Part shown: positions 26,578-30,715 of the stretch, one piece after another | Position numbering within the stretch: position 1 is the first letter of the stretch | Layout of the letters: every line of letters begins with the position of its first letter | Source: a virus | Taxonomy: Duplodnaviria; Caudoviricetes | IMG/VR virus record: IMGVR_UViG_3300036784_000007 | Coordinates: 1-30,715 of that record | Length of the DNA stretch: 30,715 nucleotides | Reading direction: 5' to 3' (one strand) | The notes under the pieces: generated by a model | Databases searched by the model: none | What the model was told of the DNA's origin: nothing | Seen by the model: only the letters and a program-made list of their open reading frames with translations | Position numbers and translations under genes: made by a program

Positions 26578-27339
26578 ATGACGCTCAAGCTCGGCAAGTT
26601 GCCAGCTCGACCAGGGGCGGTAAGTCTCCGGTTCAGCGACTACGCCAACACAACTTTAATGCCTGACCCGCCAAGGGATTTCGGGCATGAGACCCTCATT
26701 GCAAACTGGGGGATGCTCGGCAACGACGTGGCCGGTAACTGTTTCTTCGCGGGATCGTGTCACGAGATCATGCTGTGGAATGCCGAGGCTGGCGTAACGG
26801 TGCCGTTCGATGACAAGACGGCACTCGCGAACTACTCCGAGGTCACGGGTTACGATCCGACGCAGCCTAATTCAGACAACGGCACCGACGTAGCAAGCGC
26901 GCTTGCGTTGCGTCGTCGCGTCGGCTTTTTCGACGCCACCGGCAAGCGTCACAAGATCGCCGCGTATGTCGCGCTGGAGCCAGGCAACATCGAGCAGTTG
27001 CGTTACGCCGCATACTATTTCGATGGTGTCGGGATCGGTGTGCAGTTCCCTGAGCAGTGGATGGAATCGTTCAGCCAGGGTAGTAGGCGGTGGGATCACG
27101 TCGCGAGCCCCAACTACAATGGCGGACACTACATTTCGACGGTCGCCTGGCGTGACGGCAACCCGGTCGTCATAAGCTGGGGTCAGAAAATCCAACTGAC
27201 CCCGGCCGCTTTCCAGCAGAACGCAGACGAGGTTTACGCCTACCTCACGATAGAGAAACTCGTGAATGGCATTGACCTAGAAGGACTTAACCTCGCCAAG
27301 CTAGAAGACGACTTGAAAGGTTTAACGGGTGTGAAGTGA
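26578..27339 (+). CDS. Papain-like (clan CA) cysteine peptidase
   Basis: WGMLGNDVAGNCFFAG (catalytic Cys), DNGT, GGHYI (catalytic His) and VISWG motifs. Confidence 0.8.
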   Translation: MTLKLGKLPARPGAVSLRFSDYANTTLMPDPPRDFGHETLIANWGMLGNDVAGNCFFAGSCHEIMLWNAEAGVTVPFDDKTALANYSEVTGYDPTQPNSDNGTDVASALALRRRVGFFDATGKRHKIAAYVALEPGNIEQLRYAAYYFDGVGIGVQFPEQWMESFSQGSRRWDHVASPNYNGGHYISTVAWRDGNPVVISWGQKIQLTPAAFQQNADEVYAYLTIEKLVNGIDLEGLNLAKLEDDLKGLTGVK

Positions 27340-27947
27340 AAGACGATCCGAGACTCGCTGTGCTGGGCCAGTTTACGCCCGAGGGCGCACTGACGCCGGG
27401 GTACGGCGACCACTACCTGTTCTTCGTCGGGCGTGACGACGTTCACGGCATCCTCCACTATCTGATCCCAAGGGAGACACTGGGATTCAAGTGCAACATG
27501 TTCGGGTTCGATGACGAGGAACTCAACGCTGACATCATGGCGTTGTTCAAAACGCCGTCCGTCCACGTGCAGATCAGCTTGGACAAGTCGCAGGCCGGTG
27601 GTGTCCACGAGCGCAAGCTCGTCGCCCTCGACCAACAGCTCGACCCCGTTGACTTCGCAACCTCGTTCTGCATCATGCAATCCGAAACGCATCAGATCAG
27701 CCACACCAAGGGCGGCGTATTGGCAAGCCAGGGAATAGGTTTCGAGGGATCAACCAACTGGTCATCCTCGGGTGAAGGTACCGGCATCAGCCTCAAGGCC
27801 GACATTAAGAATCCGAAAGGCTTTAAGGCGCAGAACAATACGCTGCTCGTCAGTGTTAACCCGGTGTTCCTGGCGCGCTTCACATCTCGCCTCGACGTGG
27901 AACATCAGATCGGCCTAGCGCAACAGGCGAAGAAGGCAGCGAAGTGA
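27336..27947 (+). CDS. Single-domain phospholipase D-superfamily protein (nuclease or phospholipase)
   Basis: MFGFDDEEL, VQISLDKSQ, ISHTKGGVL (HxK), EGSTNWS (GSxN) and QNN motifs; GTGA-coupled to the protease. Confidence 0.8.
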   Translation: MKDDPRLAVLGQFTPEGALTPGYGDHYLFFVGRDDVHGILHYLIPRETLGFKCNMFGFDDEELNADIMALFKTPSVHVQISLDKSQAGGVHERKLVALDQQLDPVDFATSFCIMQSETHQISHTKGGVLASQGIGFEGSTNWSSSGEGTGISLKADIKNPKGFKAQNNTLLVSVNPVFLARFTSRLDVEHQIGLAQQAKKAAK

Positions 27948-28039
27948 TGTGCCACAACGACATTACTAGCTGGCAGGCGCTCGGCCTGATCTGCGGTGTG
28001 TGGGCCGTATGGTTCGCCGTGTATCTGAGGTGGTCATGA
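27947..28039 (+). CDS. 30-aa membrane peptide (MCHNDITSWQALGLICGVWAVWFAVYLRWS), not in the ORF track
   Basis: TGATG overlap with the PLD gene and ATGA overlap with the GH19 gene; one hydrophobic helix. Confidence 0.7.
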   Translation: MCHNDITSWQALGLICGVWAVWFAVYLRWS

Positions 28040-28653
28040 CAGCACAGACCCTCTCGGATGCGATGGGCGGCGAAGTGTCACTAGACCGCTACGCCCAACT
28101 CCTACCCGCTGTCTCGGCATCGCTCACATTCTGCCAATGCAACACAGTCGACCGAATTGCTATGTGGTGCGCGCAGATTGGCGAAGAGTCCGGTGGGTTG
28201 CAGTGGATGGAAGAACTAGCCAGCGGCCAAGAGTACGAGGGCCGCTGTAGCGACCTCGGTAACTGTTCACCCGGTGACGGGCCACGCTTCAAAGGCCGTG
28301 GGCCAATACAGATTACGGGCCGCTACAACTACGCTAGCCTGTCCGCGTGGGCGTTCGGGCAGGGGCTCGTGCCGTCGCCAACGTTCTTCACTGACGACCC
28401 AACACAATTGGCGTCCGATCAATTCGGATTCGTTGGCGTGAACTGGTATTGGACTACCGCACGTAACATGAATTCCTTCGCCGATGCCGGGGATATTCTC
28501 GGCGCAACGCAGGCGGTCAACGGCGGCACGCATGGACTCGCTGAGCGTACGGCGCGCTGGAATCGCTGCCGCGCAATGGGAAACATGCTACTAACGCTCC
28601 CCGAGGAGGATTGGCAGCCCGTGATGGATGAACTATTGGGGATCGACCGATGA
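28036..28653 (+). CDS. lysA: Lysin A, GH19 glycoside hydrolase subunit (start ATG 28036)
   Basis: RIAMWCAQIGEESGGL, YEGR.DLGN..PGDG.RFKGRGPIQITGRYNY, WYW and VNGG..GL..R motifs; GAGGTGG RBS. Confidence 0.93.
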   Translation: MTAQTLSDAMGGEVSLDRYAQLLPAVSASLTFCQCNTVDRIAMWCAQIGEESGGLQWMEELASGQEYEGRCSDLGNCSPGDGPRFKGRGPIQITGRYNYASLSAWAFGQGLVPSPTFFTDDPTQLASDQFGFVGVNWYWTTARNMNSFADAGDILGATQAVNGGTHGLAERTARWNRCRAMGNMLLTLPEEDWQPVMDELLGIDR

Positions 28654-29198
28654 GCCTGTTACGCACCAACGTTGAGTACGGCAAACAGATCTTCGCGGCA
28701 CGGCTACCGTACGGCGGGAAGCCGTCTAGCTACGTCTACGGCGGCACGTGGGACCCTTCCGACCCATCCGTAGGGTGCGACTGTAGCGGGCTCGTCACAG
28801 ACGAACTGAGCGCCAATTTCGAGGGTGCTCAGATGATCTGGGGGCGCGAGGGATTGTCGACCGAAAGCTACAGGTACCGGCCGCTGGGCTTGCAGACCGT
28901 TGGACCGTTCCCTCTCATACACGTCGCGTCGTGGCGTGAGTTGCCATCGGATGCAGCGGTGTTGATCAATCTGCACCACGAGGGTGCGGGTGGTCCCGAC
29001 TCACACATGAACTGTTGTGTTGACGGCGTGTATATGGAATCCAATGGGGACGTTGGTATTTGCACGCTCGGTACGGGTGCGATGGCGAAAGACAACCCGT
29101 ATTGGAATGACTGGTGGTATGTGCCAGGTCCGATCATCGAGCCGGAATCCGTTACCTGGCAAGATGTTTACGATGAAATAATGGGAATCCCTAACTAA
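28650..29198 (+). CDS. lysA: Lysin A, NlpC/P60-like cysteine peptidase subunit
   Basis: YVYGG, GCDCSGLV (catalytic Cys), STES, GGPDSHM (His) and MESNG motifs; resembles N-terminal peptidase domains of mycobacteriophage LysA. Confidence 0.88.
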   Translation: MSLLRTNVEYGKQIFAARLPYGGKPSSYVYGGTWDPSDPSVGCDCSGLVTDELSANFEGAQMIWGREGLSTESYRYRPLGLQTVGPFPLIHVASWRELPSDAAVLINLHHEGAGGPDSHMNCCVDGVYMESNGDVGICTLGTGAMAKDNPYWNDWWYVPGPIIEPESVTWQDVYDEIMGIPN

Positions 29199-29210
29199 GG
29201 AGAATGAACA

Positions 29211-29564
29211 ATGGCAACCGCAGATGATGTGAACGCAGAACTTCTGGGTACCAACGATCCGCCAGGGCACCACGCTTGTGTGATGTTCGAGAACGGCCCG
29301 GCCGGTCTCGGCGGCTACGTGGCTTTCACGTTGCAGGACAAGGTTTCTCACGCCGCCCACGAGGTCACGCTGTGGCTGCCACGGCGTGCGCTCAAGGATC
29401 AGGATCTCGCGCCGTCCAATCCGCGCAAGATGGACACCACGCTCGGTCACGCTATCGACGCTGCATCGTTCGGCCGTATCAACGCCATCATTCTGACGCG
29501 GGTCGTTGCGGCGTTGAAGGCCAAGGGATTTGACATCGACATTAGCGACCTGAGTTCGGAATGA
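29211..29564 (+). CDS. Small non-catalytic lysis-cassette protein (candidate LysA C-terminal binding/oligomerisation subunit)
   Basis: AAGGAG RBS; lies between the LysA catalytic genes and LysB; shares the VxxELLG motif; amphipathic C-terminal helix. Confidence 0.6.
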   Translation: MATADDVNAELLGTNDPPGHHACVMFENGPAGLGGYVAFTLQDKVSHAAHEVTLWLPRRALKDQDLAPSNPRKMDTTLGHAIDAASFGRINAIILTRVVAALKAKGFDIDISDLSSE

Positions 29565-30331
29565 CCGTCACGTACTACGGCACACCCGGTACGTGGGCGT
29601 GGTTCGATGCCGGATTCCAGGCCGACGTTGCACGCGGGCTGGTGTCGGAATGGGATGCTGTGGCATCGGAGGTCTTCGGGACCGAAGGGCCTGCATTCCG
29701 TTGGCAGGGTGTGAATTACCCTGCCGCGTTCGGGCCGATCAACCCGCCACCGTGGGCGCCCAATCCTCCACCGTCATACGACGACAGTGTGAAAGCTGGT
29801 GTGGTCAACCACATTCAGCTCATCAACAACATACCGGGCAAGTTCATCATCGGTGGCTACAGCCAGGGCGCCGAGGTGACCGGCCGCATACGCAAGGAAC
29901 TAGTGTCCGGTAGCCTGCAGCACCGTCTCGCAGACTGCAAGGGCAGCATCACTTTTGGTGATCCGACACGGCAAGCATCCGACGAAGTGTACGGCGGCGG
30001 TGATGGTATCGGGATCTCGCGGCTGGTCATTCCGCCGTGCCCGTTCCGTTGCGTCACCTACGCTGCGGTAGGCGACATGTATTGCACGACACCGGCATCC
30101 GGTGCGACCGGTGATGACATGCACGCTATGTACATGGCGCTGACCTCGTTGGGCGGCACACTGTCTATCGCTGACATGATGACGCAAGCTCTTGGGCTGC
30201 TTGTCAATCCGCTTGCCGGTGGGCTCGCCGCGTTGGAGGCGATGATTCGTGCAATGAAAGTCGGGGCGCATGGCAGCTATGGCGGTTGGGTCGGTCACGC
30301 CATAGGTGTTGCTAATCAGATGGCCGGTTAA
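29561..30331 (+). CDS. lysB: Lysin B (cutinase-like alpha/beta hydrolase)
   Basis: PGT, VNYPA, GYSQGA nucleophile elbow, FGDP, GDMY and late His (AHGSY). Confidence 0.93.
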   Translation: MTVTYYGTPGTWAWFDAGFQADVARGLVSEWDAVASEVFGTEGPAFRWQGVNYPAAFGPINPPPWAPNPPPSYDDSVKAGVVNHIQLINNIPGKFIIGGYSQGAEVTGRIRKELVSGSLQHRLADCKGSITFGDPTRQASDEVYGGGDGIGISRLVIPPCPFRCVTYAAVGDMYCTTPASGATGDDMHAMYMALTSLGGTLSIADMMTQALGLLVNPLAGGLAALEAMIRAMKVGAHGSYGGWVGHAIGVANQMAG

Positions 30332-30348
30332 CCCGAAGGGAAACACCT

Positions 30349-30597
30349 ATGTTCGACAACATCAAAATTGGTAAGTACACGCTCCCTCAGATCTGGAAAG
30401 CTGTGGTGGCGTTCGCTTCTGCGGTCATCGCTCAAGAGGGAGTCATCGTCGCTATCGCTCAGTCGACCAATGTTGTGCCCGCGTCATGGGTTCATGGTCT
30501 CGTGGTGGGCTTCGGTGCCGTCTCGGGTTTGCTGACGTTCCTTAAAGAGAACAAGCAGCCTGTCCCACCTATTACACCGCCTGCGCCGAAGGTGTGA
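30349..30597 (+). CDS. Holin
   Basis: 82 aa, two hydrophobic segments, WKAVVAF start, position after lysB. Confidence 0.8.
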   Translation: MFDNIKIGKYTLPQIWKAVVAFASAVIAQEGVIVAIAQSTNVVPASWVHGLVVGFGAVSGLLTFLKENKQPVPPITPPAPKV

Positions 30598-30635
30598 CAC
30601 ATGCTGAGTCGGGTTGCTAGAACAGGAGTTTCGCA

Positions 30636-30715
30636 GTGGCGCGACACGAGCGGCAGGACGAGGAGTCACCGGATGAGCGGCCGGAAGGCTGGTGGCGGAA
30701 GTGGATTCGCAACGG
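30636..30715 (+). CDS. Partial ORF (MARHERQDEESPDERPEGWWRKWIRN...) truncated by the window end
   Basis: AGGAG at 30624-30628, 7 nt before GTG 30636; open to the end of the window. Confidence 0.55.
   Translation, partial: MARHERQDEESPDERPEGWWRKWIRN

Noticed and set aside
26168-26578. + strand ORFs 26168..26578 and 26224..26421
   Set aside because: No RBS and Cys/Arg-rich shadow-like composition. The minus-strand ORF has promoter support. Not fully excluded.
28000-28035. Upstream start of the GH19 ORF at 28000
   Set aside because: ATG 28036 has a GAGGTGG RBS and ATGA coupling to the 30-aa peptide gene.
1804-30611. Half-sites of the palindrome (GACTCAG ~1804, TGACTCAA 14723, GAGTCA ~21154, CTGAGTC 30604)
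   Set aside because: The partner arm is absent, and matches this short are expected by chance.

Overview
The window is the virion-structure and lysis arm of an HK97-type, long-tailed actinobacteriophage or prophage, most like a mycobacteriophage. Genes run almost entirely on the + strand in this order: small and large terminase, portal, maturation protease, major capsid, head-tail connectors, major tail, frameshifted tail assembly chaperone, tape measure, minor tail genes, then an unusually large lysis region. All product calls come from motifs and synteny that I recognised by eye; no search was run. Six points stand out. (1) Lysin A appears split into three genes (GH19, NlpC/P60-like peptidase, small non-catalytic protein) that share a short [W/A]xxVxxE[LI][LM]G motif at their free ends, suggesting a docking-peptide multimeric endolysin. 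(2) A papain-like protease, a PLD-family enzyme and a 30-aa membrane peptide are translationally coupled in front of the lysin. (3) An 18-bp palindrome CTGAGTCA-NN-TGACTCAG occurs four times, 6.6-9.8 kb apart, twice inside genes. (4) A lone glycosyltransferase and a 1082-aa GH-A glycosidase/repeat fibre sit among the tail genes. (5) The tape measure carries a peptidase-like domain that looks circularly permuted. (6) One antisense, apparently leaderless gene lies between the tail and lysis modules. I saw no tRNA, CRISPR array, integrase or transposase.
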